From IMG/VR virus record IMGVR_UViG_3300031851_005582, positions 1-25,491 of that record: DNA of 25,491 nt; one strand, 5' to 3'. Source of the stretch: a virus. Lineage: Duplodnaviria; Caudoviricetes. The notes beneath the pieces are model-generated. The model made no database searches, had not been told where the DNA came from, and saw nothing but the letters and a program-made list of their open reading frames with translations. Made by a program: the position numbers and the translations under genes. This document shows positions 1 to 9,502 of the stretch, piece by piece (positions within the stretch are counted from its first letter, which is position 1; the number at the start of each line of letters is the position of its first letter).

Positions 1-1050
1 AGCGATGTCGCTTGGGTACAGGCGTCTTGGGCTCACCCGGAGGGCTCAGAGCGGCTAGACCCCATCTCCACCTTCGAGGTGGGAGTATCAACAGCTAGGA
101 ACAAGAGACCATATGAGGAGTGCGAGAAGGCGGCACGCTTCCTTAAATTCCAGGGGGATTTACCTGAAGGCCTAAGTATGTTGCCTGATGAGGATGGTGG
201 GCATATCAATGTCCCTATGCTTGGAATAGTACTAAAGCCTAACTTGGTAGAGGTTAGGCGCGAGGGTAAAGAGGTAGATGGTAAGAAATTGAAGGGGGCA
301 GTAGTCGGCACCTCGTCGATCTGGCACGCTTTGATCGGTTTTGAGGAGCGCGATAAAGAACGTTTTTCAAAGCCTACCCAGGCAGAGCGGCTAGAGGCAG
401 AGCAGGAAAGCCGCAGGACGAGAGAGTTGCAGAAAGCGGCGGAAGCGCAGAAGGAACGGGCTCGTAGGGAGCAGGAGGAATTAAAATCTCTGGAAACCTG
501 CTTCGATGAGGTTTGGGATGAATGGGAAGAAGTAGAGGAGGAGAAGAAACGACAAGAGAGAACGGCAAAGTGGCAAGAGTTCGTGGCAACGAATGAGGAA
601 TTGAGGTCCTTATGGGAAACGAGCATAGAGACTTCGAACCGCGGTTACAAAACGGACAAGGCGGTGATTGAGGCTTTACAGCTGGTACTTAGACCTTTTC
701 CTCCGGGTAAATCCGATTTGATGACGGCTTTGCCATCTGTAAGAGGTTACATCCAAGAGTTATCGGCCGAAGGTGCCAAGCATCGTTGGGGTGAGTTAAT
801 GTCTTGGGTTAAGGACGTTTCCTCTCGAAGAGGTCTAAGCTTGAGCGAGAGCCTTACTAAGGCTGACAAAGATCTTCCTTGGTTATTACCTCCTTGGTTC
901 GTACGGGAAAATGAGTTGGTATCCCCATTGTACCCCCTGAAGGGATTAGCGGGTTACACCAGGGAAGAGTGGATAGAACGGGTGACCTTAGACCCAATAG
1001 TTAGCGTCGAAACTAAAGAAAAACTCTTCTCCCTGGCCGGAGAGGAGTAA
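1..1050 (+). CDS. Hypothetical protein with a central E/K/R/Q-rich coiled coil (5'-truncated by the window)
   Basis: The frame of ORF 79..1050 is open back to base 1 (agc gat gtc gct tgg...). Helical charged segment RLEAEQESRRTRELQKAAEAQKERARREQEEL. No family motif recognised. Confidence 0.7.
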   Translation, partial: SDVAWVQASWAHPEGSERLDPISTFEVGVSTARNKRPYEECEKAARFLKFQGDLPEGLSMLPDEDGGHINVPMLGIVLKPNLVEVRREGKEVDGKKLKGAVVGTSSIWHALIGFEERDKERFSKPTQAERLEAEQESRRTRELQKAAEAQKERARREQEELKSLETCFDEVWDEWEEVEEEKKRQERTAKWQEFVATNEELRSLWETSIETSNRGYKTDKAVIEALQLVLRPFPPGKSDLMTALPSVRGYIQELSAEGAKHRWGELMSWVKDVSSRRGLSLSESLTKADKDLPWLLPPWFVRENELVSPLYPLKGLAGYTREEWIERVTLDPIVSVETKEKLFSLAGEE

Positions 1051-1065
1051 GGAGGAGATAACTCT

Positions 1066-1563
1066 TTGAATAATAGAATGCCCTTGAATATATGGTGGTA
1101 CCCCCCACGTAGGATGTTTATACGTTGTAATAGGTTCTTGGTTGAGCAAGCCAAGGACAACGTTTCATACAGCTGGGATGACACAGGGCAGGTAGATCAG
1201 CAGGAGTTTATATTAGCCGCAGGGGCGGAAATATATCTCTTAGCTGGTCTATTAGGATTGGGTATTGGGTATTTGGTAGCTAGTAGAAATCGTTGCCCAT
1301 GTCCCGGAGAACGAACCAGGGTTATACCGCACAGCGGTAGAGCCTACACTGGTGAGTTTGAGGGGGTGGGTAACGATGGTCGCCTATATGTAGGAAATAG
1401 GGATTTCGACCCGGACCATTTAAGAATGGCGGGACCTATGAGGCCTCTTAGAGGCATGGGTGACTTCTTAGATCTGAACTCGGGATGGGTTAATCCAGAT
1501 GAACTTGCTAAGTTCAAACGGGCCCATAACCGGGATGGCTATCGCAGAAGGAAAGGGAGATGA
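1066..1563 (+). CDS. Hypothetical protein with one predicted transmembrane helix
   Basis: TTG start preceded by a strong SD (AAGGAGGAG, 1049-1057). Hydrophobic stretch IYLLAGLLGLGIGYLVA. True start uncertain. Confidence 0.55.
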   Translation: MNNRMPLNIWWYPPRRMFIRCNRFLVEQAKDNVSYSWDDTGQVDQQEFILAAGAEIYLLAGLLGLGIGYLVASRNRCPCPGERTRVIPHSGRAYTGEFEGVGNDGRLYVGNRDFDPDHLRMAGPMRPLRGMGDFLDLNSGWVNPDELAKFKRAHNRDGYRRRKGR

Positions 1564-1614
1564 GTATGTTTAATTTCATGATCATTGACGTCCTAGGTTT
1601 ATTGAAGAACCTCG

Positions 1615-1690
1615 GCCCAAAACGTAAATAGTTTTGGGTGAATAGATAGTGGACGTAAGTCCAAGGCTAGTTGGCAACCACTCTCTATTC
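1615..1690. terminator. Stem-loop cluster between convergent genes (possible terminator or structured 3' UTR)
   Basis: GCCCAAAAC/GTTTTGGGT hairpin (1615-1639); TGGAC-GTAA-GTCCA hairpin (1650-1663); GAATAGA/TCTATTC outer pairing (1640-1690). Confidence 0.4.
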
Positions 1691-1691
1691 T

Positions 1692-2057
1692 TTAGCCCAC
1701 AGGTTCCATCCATTCAAGATATACCTTGAAGCCGGGCGACCCCTTCAGGTCCGCAACTTCTTTTTTAGCTAGTACTATTTCCCCATTAGCTCCGCGCCTA
1801 AGTATATTATCATACTCAGGGTTACCCTCTGAGTTTATAACAAACACTCTAGCGTAAGGTATGTAATCTTGCTTCTTCTTTTTTTTAGCCCACGGAGGTG
1901 GTTCTGGGCTAACTGAGTCTGTTCTTAGGGGGTTAGCTTCCGGGTCGAAACCTGCTGGAGGTGTAGGTATGTTAGGGAAGGGATCGGGTAGACTAGGACC
2001 CTCCTGATTACCCGCCACTTGAGAGATAGTTGTTATGAAATCCTGATCACCGCTCAT
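1692..2057 (-). CDS. Hypothetical protein with a Pro-rich N-terminus, downstream of the portal
   Basis: 121-aa ORF with AGGAG SD, starting 11 nt after the portal stop; probably co-transcribed with it. Confidence 0.7.
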   Translation of the reverse strand: MSGDQDFITTISQVAGNQEGPSLPDPFPNIPTPPAGFDPEANPLRTDSVSPEPPPWAKKKKKQDYIPYARVFVINSEGNPEYDNILRRGANGEIVLAKKEVADLKGSPGFKVYLEWMEPVG

Positions 2058-2068
2058 AGATTAACTCC

Positions 2069-3799
2069 TTACATAGGGGGCATGCCACCCTGGGATTGCA
2101 TTTGCTGTACGGCTTGGTTCTTCTGATCAAGCTGCATTTGTTCCATACGTTGTATGACCACAGAGTACATCACATAATCTTCAGCCTGTAAACTAGCTAG
2201 CTGAGATTTACGAGTGCTTGGGTCAGACTGTAGTAGCTGCATAGCTACCTGCTCTGCCTGACCTATAACAGCTTGTTGGTCATAATTAAGACCCCCGCCG
2301 CCTTGTTGGTCGGCAGCCATTTGCCTAGCTTGCTGGCTTATATCTTTCTGCATGTCCATCATATCCAGCTCCATCTCTTTCTGGAATCTGGCGTCGGCTA
2401 AGTTTTCTTGTTTAATCTTATCTCTCTCTTCAGCTACATTTATACCATGAGCCTCAGCTACAGTGGTCTTGGATACTACTCCCATCTGGAATAGCTGCAT
2501 GACTAACTGCTTCTGAGATACATCGTCTATCATCTTAAAGTCACCTAGGCTAACCTGGCATGTATCCCAACCTAAGAACCTACCCATTTTATTAGTAACC
2601 CATCTAAGTAGTTGAGTTAACTGGAATACAGAGGACTCCAATTGATTCTCTAACATACGTAAAGTCACACTACTACCTGTATAGCTAAGACCTCCATACA
2701 CAAATTCTTTAGGGAATCCCATAGCTGCGATTATATTATCCTCAGCTTGCTGTATCTCGGCATTTACCATTAAGGCTCTACCTTCCCCACCTACCTGTGA
2801 TACTCCTACGGCTACAGGGCTCATCATTATATGATTAGGGTCTCTTCTCCACTTTTCTATATTATCCTCCACCTCAGACATAAACTTACCCATAGATAGA
2901 CTTAGTATAGGATCGGCATTACCGCTTATAGCCTGAGGATGCATAACCCGCATAGGTACTATTCTCTCTAAAGCTATAGATTCATTAGCCTTTCTAAGTA
3001 CGCTAGCATGGTAGAACAAAGGCATACATGTTATTAAGGGGGGGTAGCCCCAGCCGCTCTCTACTCCAGCAGGGGAGTCTGCTTTCATATGGAACAACTC
3101 ATCCTTATTGAACTTGAAAAGTTCACCGTTAGCTATAGTCTCTAGTAAGGGTAACGGGAGAGTGGTCACTAAGTGCTTATCCCCACCCTGAACCTTAGAC
3201 TTAAGGCTAGAGGGTACCTGTAGGTAATACTCACACTGATTAGTTACGGAGTTGTAGTTTACCTGTATTAGTTTAGGATCCCACCTTACTATATTTATGT
3301 CCTCAGGAGACAGCTGTAAGGTGTCCACTACAGTAGATTCTCCCTTGTGCCCGCAGTCTCCGCACTCATGTTTAAAGACAGCTTTGTTAGGGTTATATTT
3401 AAACTCCATACTGTTCGCTGATTTTTTAAATCCGCACTTCTTACATTTCAAGAATCTCTTAAAAGGTAGATGGACTGAGGTAAAGGAATTACCGTAAACT
3501 TGCAGATCTATAGATGACTTAATCAGGGCTCTCTTAACGCCCACTATATCCTCTAATAGCTTCCTATATAGTCCGGTAACTTTATCGCTATCGGATAAGT
3601 ACTCTAGTTCCGTTATAGGGTACTCAGCAAACTTCCTAGTCCCTGCAAATATCTGGGCAGAGTTGTAGTACAGGTATTCGGTCCATCTAAAAAGCTGCTT
3701 TAAGTTCCTGGATGAAAAGGAATGAGCCCACAGGCGCATGGGATCACCATACACACCATTAGTACCACTAGACTGCGATTCAAATGTACTTCCAAGCAT
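2069..3799 (-). CDS. Probable phage portal protein with a zinc-ribbon insertion and Gln-rich C-terminus
   Basis: 576 aa. Portal-like segments (IDLQVYGNSF, RWDPKLIQV, FHMKADSPAG..GWGYPPL, IIAAMGFPKEFV.GG.SY). CKKC...CGDC insert. Same strand as the terminase. Confidence 0.7.
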   Translation of the reverse strand: MLGSTFESQSSGTNGVYGDPMRLWAHSFSSRNLKQLFRWTEYLYYNSAQIFAGTRKFAEYPITELEYLSDSDKVTGLYRKLLEDIVGVKRALIKSSIDLQVYGNSFTSVHLPFKRFLKCKKCGFKKSANSMEFKYNPNKAVFKHECGDCGHKGESTVVDTLQLSPEDINIVRWDPKLIQVNYNSVTNQCEYYLQVPSSLKSKVQGGDKHLVTTLPLPLLETIANGELFKFNKDELFHMKADSPAGVESGWGYPPLITCMPLFYHASVLRKANESIALERIVPMRVMHPQAISGNADPILSLSMGKFMSEVEDNIEKWRRDPNHIMMSPVAVGVSQVGGEGRALMVNAEIQQAEDNIIAAMGFPKEFVYGGLSYTGSSVTLRMLENQLESSVFQLTQLLRWVTNKMGRFLGWDTCQVSLGDFKMIDDVSQKQLVMQLFQMGVVSKTTVAEAHGINVAEERDKIKQENLADARFQKEMELDMMDMQKDISQQARQMAADQQGGGGLNYDQQAVIGQAEQVAMQLLQSDPSTRKSQLASLQAEDYVMYSVVIQRMEQMQLDQKNQAVQQMQSQGGMPPM

Positions 3800-3829
3800 C
3801 TGCTTCTCCCTATAAATACTAGATTTTTA

Positions 3830-3839
3830 TGTTATAAGT
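3830..3839 (+). promoter_or_regulatory. Putative promoter (extended -10-like TGTTATAAGT) for the replication operon
   Basis: TG-n-TATAAG in the AT-rich gap, 40 nt upstream of the helicase ATG (SD AAGGAGG). The identical 10-mer recurs at 16602-16611. Confidence 0.5.
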
Positions 3840-3878
3840 ATACGCCATCGCCATTTATATTAAATAAAGGAGGTACCT

Positions 3879-5750
3879 ATGGCAGACGTATCTGTGGCTA
3901 AATCCTCCTCAGGGTTACCACTAGTACTAATTAGAAACGTTCAACCAGTAGAAGTACCCGCTGTGCGCAGCATATACGGTATTTCTAAGAAAGGCAATAC
4001 CTGGTTTGCACCAGGCTTCTTACCCTTTGCAGAATGGGTTCTAGAAGATATAGATAGCATGTCTGCAGTTAGCACTCTCAATAAAGATAAGTCAGTACAT
4101 GACCTTAAGCTTAAAGTTACTAGAGATATCAATAGTATGGCTAGCTATGATCTTAAAGGATATGCCCCTCCGATAAAACCATACGACCATCAGATAGAAG
4201 CCCTGAGCCTAGTTATACATATGCCCAGGATGGGTTTGTTCCTAGACCCTGGGTTGGGTAAAACAAAGATAGGCTGTGATCTAATACAGCATACTAGATC
4301 CGAGAAACCCAATAGTTTATGGCTAATAATAGCCCTAAAGGTAAATCAGTTTACCTGGGCTAAGGAGATGGACTTCCACTCTAAAGGATCCCTTCAGTTA
4401 ATACCTATAACGGCCACGGGTAAGTCTAGAGAAAAGAAGATAGCTGAGGCTCTGGCGGTAGCTAACTGTGCGGGTTTAGTAGTAACCTACGATACCTGTA
4501 GAGTAGCTAAGCAATTGCTAATAGATAAGGTACCTTTCACAGATACCATATTAGATGAGTCACATAGCATTAGGACCCCTAGATCAGGCAAAACAAAGGC
4601 TGTTCTGGAGGTTATTAACTCTAAACCTGTAGAACGTAGAGTTCTATTATCAGGTACGCCCTCTCTAGGATCACCACAACATCTCTGGGCACAGTTAAAA
4701 GTACTGGGTGACTTCACAGTCCCTAACTCTTGGCACTTTATAAACCAATATGCCATACGCTCTCCCTATAATAAGCACATTATTACAGGGTACAAGAACT
4801 TGGATGAATTAAATGATCTAGTAACGTCAGTTTCTCTTAGGAAGACAGCAGATGAATGTCTGGATCTCCCTACTAGGACTACTCAGATAATAGAGGTTCC
4901 TCCTAGTCCTAAGACTAAGAGGTTATACAATACCACTGTTAGGAAAATGCCCATAACTGTGGGGGGTTTAACTCTAGGTGAGGTTCCAAACCCCCTAACA
5001 GTGATGACTAGGTTGGCCCAGCTGTCGATGGGTTTTGCCTATAAGTCTAGAAAAGACCCAACCCTGTGTGATGGATGTCCTCAGTTAGATAGGTGCGTCT
5101 CTAATAACTACCAGCCCTACACCAGTAATTGTTTAGTTATTTCTAAAGACCCAGGTAGAGACGTAGGTTTAGTAGGTAGCGCAGAGGTACTAGATTCAGT
5201 GGTTGAGTTAGTATCTAGCCATATACAAGCTCAAAAGAAAGTTATAGTATGGGCCAAGCACCAATGGGTGATAGTTACGTTGATGGATAAATTGAAGTCA
5301 TTAGACGTTCCTGTATTCCGGTACGACTCTACTACTAAAAGCCACTCTACTATAGAGGATAGCTTTAATACGTCTAGTGACGGCATAATAGTAGCTCAGA
5401 TATCTATGGGTATTGGGGTGACTTTCAAAGCACCTGTTATGGTATATGCGGAGTTATCTTGGTCTCTGGATCACTGGCTTCAATCCTTGGATAGAAACTA
5501 TGGTATACGGGCTAAGGGTTTAGGTAAATTACTAGTACAGGTAGTTGTATTACGTGGTAGTATTAGTCACAGTTCAATGAAACTATTACAGTCAAAGATC
5601 GACGTAACTTCCCTGATGAGTAAATCAGTAGAGTGCGTGGGTTGTGACAAGGTAGTAGAGTGCCTATCGAAGAACATAAGCCCCTTCGATATAGAATGCG
5701 TACTCTCAGCTAGTTCCACAAAGAAAACTTTAGCTATTTCAGCTATATAG
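3879..5750 (+). CDS. SNF2-like (SF2) helicase/ATPase
   Basis: KPYDHQ Q-motif, Walker A LFLDPGLGKT, Walker B ILDESH, motif III LSGTP, motif VI-like QSLDRNYGI. Confidence 0.9.
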   Translation: MADVSVAKSSSGLPLVLIRNVQPVEVPAVRSIYGISKKGNTWFAPGFLPFAEWVLEDIDSMSAVSTLNKDKSVHDLKLKVTRDINSMASYDLKGYAPPIKPYDHQIEALSLVIHMPRMGLFLDPGLGKTKIGCDLIQHTRSEKPNSLWLIIALKVNQFTWAKEMDFHSKGSLQLIPITATGKSREKKIAEALAVANCAGLVVTYDTCRVAKQLLIDKVPFTDTILDESHSIRTPRSGKTKAVLEVINSKPVERRVLLSGTPSLGSPQHLWAQLKVLGDFTVPNSWHFINQYAIRSPYNKHIITGYKNLDELNDLVTSVSLRKTADECLDLPTRTTQIIEVPPSPKTKRLYNTTVRKMPITVGGLTLGEVPNPLTVMTRLAQLSMGFAYKSRKDPTLCDGCPQLDRCVSNNYQPYTSNCLVISKDPGRDVGLVGSAEVLDSVVELVSSHIQAQKKVIVWAKHQWVIVTLMDKLKSLDVPVFRYDSTTKSHSTIEDSFNTSSDGIIVAQISMGIGVTFKAPVMVYAELSWSLDHWLQSLDRNYGIRAKGLGKLLVQVVVLRGSISHSSMKLLQSKIDVTSLMSKSVECVGCDKVVECLSKNISPFDIECVLSASSTKKTLAISAI

Positions 5751-5760
5751 GAGACAGATA

Positions 5761-6513
5761 ATGGGTTACACTTTACCTAGAAAATACCTATCTGCATCAC
5801 AAATAACCAAATACTTGTCATGCCCCCAGCAGTATTATAGACAATATGTCTTAGATGAAAGACCCGATACACTTAGGCCCGTGTCTATGTCCGTAGGGTC
5901 TTCAGTGCATAAGTTAGTAGAAAATAAACTATGCGGTTTAATAAGCGGAGCTGATTTAACCGAGGCTGAGCTATATCAAGAGACTAATTTAGGGGCTTTT
6001 TTTGAAGGAAGTGACCTAGAAGAACAAGAACCTGAGTACTGGACCAATTATGCGAAAATTTTGTACAAAACCTGGTATAAGGGAGTAGGTACGTCCATAA
6101 TGCCTGTAGAATCCGAATTGAAGTTCGAATCTTTGGTAGGAGACGTACCAGTTCTAGGGTACATCGACTACATTGATGCTAGCTCAGGTAAGTTAGAGAT
6201 ATGCGACCTAAAAGTCGTTAAGCGCTCTAAGAGCGAGGCTGATTGTAGGAATAGCGTGCAGCTAGCCATGTACGCTATCACACAGGAAAATTCTTGTGTG
6301 AGATTTGATAGTGTAGTAAAAACAAAAACTCCTAAAGTAGGTGTGTCTCGATACACATTTACTAAGTCAGAATTAGGGTATTTCACTGACTTGATAGGAG
6401 AGGTAGCTACAAACATTAGTGCTGGTAATTTCCCTATGACCAGCCCTACTCAATGGGTATGCGCCCCTAAGTGGTGCGACCATTTTTCAACCTGCAGAGG
6501 AGCAGAAAGATAA
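5761..6513 (+). CDS. PD-(D/E)XK nuclease, Cas4/RecB-like
   Basis: LSASQITKYLSCPQQY, GSSVH, GYIDYID, EICDLK, QLAMY, C-terminal C-x4-C-x5-C. Confidence 0.88.
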   Translation: MGYTLPRKYLSASQITKYLSCPQQYYRQYVLDERPDTLRPVSMSVGSSVHKLVENKLCGLISGADLTEAELYQETNLGAFFEGSDLEEQEPEYWTNYAKILYKTWYKGVGTSIMPVESELKFESLVGDVPVLGYIDYIDASSGKLEICDLKVVKRSKSEADCRNSVQLAMYAITQENSCVRFDSVVKTKTPKVGVSRYTFTKSELGYFTDLIGEVATNISAGNFPMTSPTQWVCAPKWCDHFSTCRGAER

Positions 6514-6515
6514 AT

Positions 6516-7613
6516 ATGGACATTAATTTTCCAACAGTAGATGCGACAGCAATCAAGCGTCGTTACGTGTTAGTAGACCTTGATTCTCTAGAGTACAAGA
6601 CTCCTGGGGATACAGACATTCTTCAGAGCCGTGAGTTTTATGGTACTGAAGAAGAGATTAGTTCCATGAAGGAATCTATCCAAGCAAAGGGTCTCCTAGA
6701 GAGTCCTATCGTCATGGATAATGACGAGGGTAGTGGCTACAGAGTACTAGAGGGCAATCGTCGTTGTCATGTACTCAACTTGTTGGTAGATGAGGGTATT
6801 GTCGCTACGGATAGTGGTAAAGCTCTAACGAAAGTTAGAGTGGAGGTACAACCTAGTATCAATGCTATAGTGGAAGATACCTTTCAAGATTGGTTTAGTT
6901 TAAACCAAGAAGTTAGCGAAGAAGTTCAGGCTGAGTGTCGTGCACACATCCGAAAGCAAGTTCAGTTAGAGCTTGGCCAAGATGCTATGATCCGTAACAC
7001 CCAGCGTTTGAACTGGTCTGCGATAGAACAGGCTCGTCAAATCAAGCTGCAGATGGATGGCGGTACTTCCCTAGAGACTTGTTCTAAGAACTTTGGTCTG
7101 GCCGTACAGACCATTAAGACCCGCCTCTCTCTACTCAGTAAAGAAGCGGAGATGCCTGAGGTAATTCAGGCAGCCGAAGAGGAAGAGATCACTATTAGCG
7201 TTGCTAAGCTCATCGCTAACGTTAAAGACGAGGATGCCCGTAGTGAGATCTTGGAGACTGCTAAAGGTTCGAATGAGGCTAAGCCTACTACGGACGAGGT
7301 TAAAGAGCTCATTGACACCAAGCACAACGAGAACGTTGCCGCAGGCGGTGAAGGCATCAAAGCCCAAGATCGTAAGAAGCGTGCGGTGAAAGCACCCAAG
7401 ACAGCGGTTCGCACCAGCGAAGAGCTGTTGGAGACTGTTCAAAGTTTGGCGGCTACTCGATTGGTGTTAATCGCTGATAGTGAGAATGCAGTTAGTGAGA
7501 ACGCAGCTTTGGATCTTAAGGTAGCAATCCAGGTTCTACAATGGGTGCTGGATCCTAAAGATGACAATGATTTAGAGACTATCGTGCTTGGGGAAAACTC
7601 AGACGAGGATTAG
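6516..7613 (+). CDS. ParB/Srx-like protein with HTH
   Basis: ParB N-domain motifs SIQAKGLLESPIV and YRVLEGNRR; RNTQRLNWSAIEQA; HTH SLETCSKNFGLAVQTIKTRLSLL. ATG 6516 preferred over 6471, which lies inside the upstream gene. Confidence 0.85.
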   Translation: MDINFPTVDATAIKRRYVLVDLDSLEYKTPGDTDILQSREFYGTEEEISSMKESIQAKGLLESPIVMDNDEGSGYRVLEGNRRCHVLNLLVDEGIVATDSGKALTKVRVEVQPSINAIVEDTFQDWFSLNQEVSEEVQAECRAHIRKQVQLELGQDAMIRNTQRLNWSAIEQARQIKLQMDGGTSLETCSKNFGLAVQTIKTRLSLLSKEAEMPEVIQAAEEEEITISVAKLIANVKDEDARSEILETAKGSNEAKPTTDEVKELIDTKHNENVAAGGEGIKAQDRKKRAVKAPKTAVRTSEELLETVQSLAATRLVLIADSENAVSENAALDLKVAIQVLQWVLDPKDDNDLETIVLGENSDED

Positions 7614-8293
7614 GTGCTCTCTGGGTAATGATAGGATAGCCATAGACTTAGCTTATCTAAGGCGTTAGATCTTATTTGTCTTACACGTTCAGAGGATAAA
7701 CCTAAGTCTTTACTCATAGTACGTAGGGAACTGGCCTTAGCTTCGGGATCATGTAAGCTAAAAGATCTGGTTATAATATAACGCTCTCGATTGGAGAGGA
7801 ATCTTAGCCATATCTGAGCTATGACTTTACGTTGTTGAGACTCTAGGTCTTCAAGCAGATCTACCTCATAGGATCCTTCCGATAAGCAAGAATCATCTTC
7901 GTACTGGCTTTGAGGCTTAGAAGAGGGGGTTCTGACCAAACCGGAAAAGGTTTTACGCATAGTCATCATAACCCAGTGTCCTGCATAGGTGCAAAACCTA
8001 GTTCCATATGCAGGGTTGAACTTGTCCAAGGCTAGAACCAAACCTACGTTACCATTGGCTATCAATTCACCTAGTAATTCCGGGTCTTTACGATCCCACA
8101 TGGTCTTAGCCATACTGAATACTAAGCGAAGATTGGACTCTAAAATACGGGTCTTTAACTCTTGTTTGCGAGACACCAATGTGCTATCTTCATGATACTC
8201 TTTTAGTAAGGAATCTTCTTCCTTGCGAGGAAGTATTTCAACTTTAGAAAGGGCTTTATAATAGATGTCTAGTAAGTCAGCTTCATCGGTCAA
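7610..8293 (-). CDS. RNA polymerase sigma70-family sigma factor (phage-encoded)
   Basis: Region 2 ILESNLRLVFSMAK...GNVGLVLALDKFNPAYGTRFCTYAGHWV; region 4 LSNRERYII...SLRTMSKDLGLSSERVRQIRSNALDKL. TTG start with GAGAGGAG SD. Confidence 0.92.
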   Translation of the reverse strand: MTDEADLLDIYYKALSKVEILPRKEEDSLLKEYHEDSTLVSRKQELKTRILESNLRLVFSMAKTMWDRKDPELLGELIANGNVGLVLALDKFNPAYGTRFCTYAGHWVMMTMRKTFSGLVRTPSSKPQSQYEDDSCLSEGSYEVDLLEDLESQQRKVIAQIWLRFLSNRERYIITRSFSLHDPEAKASSLRTMSKDLGLSSERVRQIRSNALDKLSLWLSYHYPEST

Positions 8294-8384
8294 GGTGGTC
8301 TCCTCTCTTGATCAGGGGATTACAGGGCATCTGTATACGGCCGATCGAAAATTAGGTAGTAAGTTAGAATGTGTTCCTCTGAAG

Positions 8385-8750
8385 ATGAAAGTCTACAGAG
8401 AACACCCCTCTGGGTGTAGTAGCAATAACTTGTTAACAAATAAAACAAACACTAAGACTTGTTTAAACTGTTCGAGTTACCCCTTAAGAGATATCACGAA
8501 CCCTTGCAGTTTGAAATATCTTTTAGAAGCTCTATCAAATGAATTAGAGTTGTTAGAAATAGAATTCTCAGATAACAATGTCCACCTAGGTGAGGCTTTG
8601 TACAGAGTGATGTCTACTGTGTGGACTGAGCCTGGAGATATTCTAATTAGTTTAGAAGTTAAAAGGGGAGATTTCGTGGTAACAAGAAGCCACAGATCAC
8701 CTAGTAAATTACAAAGAGAAAAGGCGCAAGCCTTATTAAACAAAGGATAA
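8385..8750 (+). CDS. Hypothetical Cys-containing protein
   Basis: In-frame ATG at 8385 avoids overlap with the sigma gene. C...CLNC...C pattern. Ends 8 nt before the SSB-like gene. Confidence 0.55.
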   Translation: MKVYREHPSGCSSNNLLTNKTNTKTCLNCSSYPLRDITNPCSLKYLLEALSNELELLEIEFSDNNVHLGEALYRVMSTVWTEPGDILISLEVKRGDFVVTRSHRSPSKLQREKAQALLNKG

Positions 8751-8758
8751 AAAGTCAC

Positions 8759-9454
8759 ATGGCTGATTTTAGAAAATTATTTGCAAAGATGCAAAGTGTA
8801 GAACCTGCTCGTGAAGAACGAGCTTATATCAAAGTCCCTGGAAAGCATACTGTGCGGATCTTGACAGTAGAAAATCGTGAGTCTCAGCAGGGTAAGGACC
8901 TGGTTATCATTGAGTACCGCGTTACAAACTCAGACGGCTATGCCGTAGGGGACGGTCTTAAGCAGATCTTTGCCTTGAGCAACGAGCAATCGTGGCGCAT
9001 TGAACAAAACCTGGGGTTGATTAGAGCGCTTATCAACGCAGCTATTCCTGGAGTATCTCTAGATCAAGAGATCTTTGAGAATAGCATTTCAGGCGGACCG
9101 CAGTCAGCTCTAGCTGGTAAATCGGTTACTATTATAGCTACTGAGAAGTTGCCTCAAAAGGATAAACTCGTGAGTCTATCCAATGAACAAGCTGGGATGG
9201 TGCTTACAGAAGCCGTAGGCGATCTCACTGAGAAAACTAAGTTGACCGAGGCTAACGTTGCAGCTTTGTTAAACGAAGGTATCAGCTCAGCTAGAGTTGT
9301 TAGACCCTACATCAGCTTCTCTTACAGAGCTGCCCAAAATGCAGCAGTTGAGCCAGCAGTTACTACAGAAGTTACTACAGCAGTTACTACAGCAGTTACT
9401 GCGGCTGAAGTAAGTGCAGATACTGACGAGGATGAGCCCCCCTTCGACATCTAA
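8759..9454 (+). CDS. Probable single-stranded DNA-binding protein
   Basis: Beta-rich OB-fold-like N-terminus (YIKVPGKHTVRILTVENRESQQGKDLVIIEYRV), low-complexity linker, acidic tail DTDEDEPPFDI, replication-cluster context. Confidence 0.65.
   Translation: MADFRKLFAKMQSVEPAREERAYIKVPGKHTVRILTVENRESQQGKDLVIIEYRVTNSDGYAVGDGLKQIFALSNEQSWRIEQNLGLIRALINAAIPGVSLDQEIFENSISGGPQSALAGKSVTIIATEKLPQKDKLVSLSNEQAGMVLTEAVGDLTEKTKLTEANVAALLNEGISSARVVRPYISFSYRAAQNAAVEPAVTTEVTTAVTTAVTAAEVSADTDEDEPPFDI
9356..9403 (+). repeat. In-frame 12-nt tandem repeat (4 copies) encoding the AVTT/EVTT linker
   Basis: GCAGTTACTACA GAAGTTACTACA GCAGTTACTACA GCAGTTACTGCG. Confidence 0.9.
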
Positions 9455-9502
9455 TAGCCCTCAGGTAGGTTACTAAACCCTTGCTATGGAAGGAGGCGAG
9501 CC

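Noticed and set aside
1566-1631. 21-codon ORF after 1563 with a possible SD
   Set aside because: Too short to support, and it overlaps the hairpin element.
9356-9403. GTTAC-containing tandem repeat as a relative or target of the array hairpins
   Set aside because: It is an in-frame codon repeat (Val-Thr = GTT ACT) in a low-complexity linker, without flanking stems.
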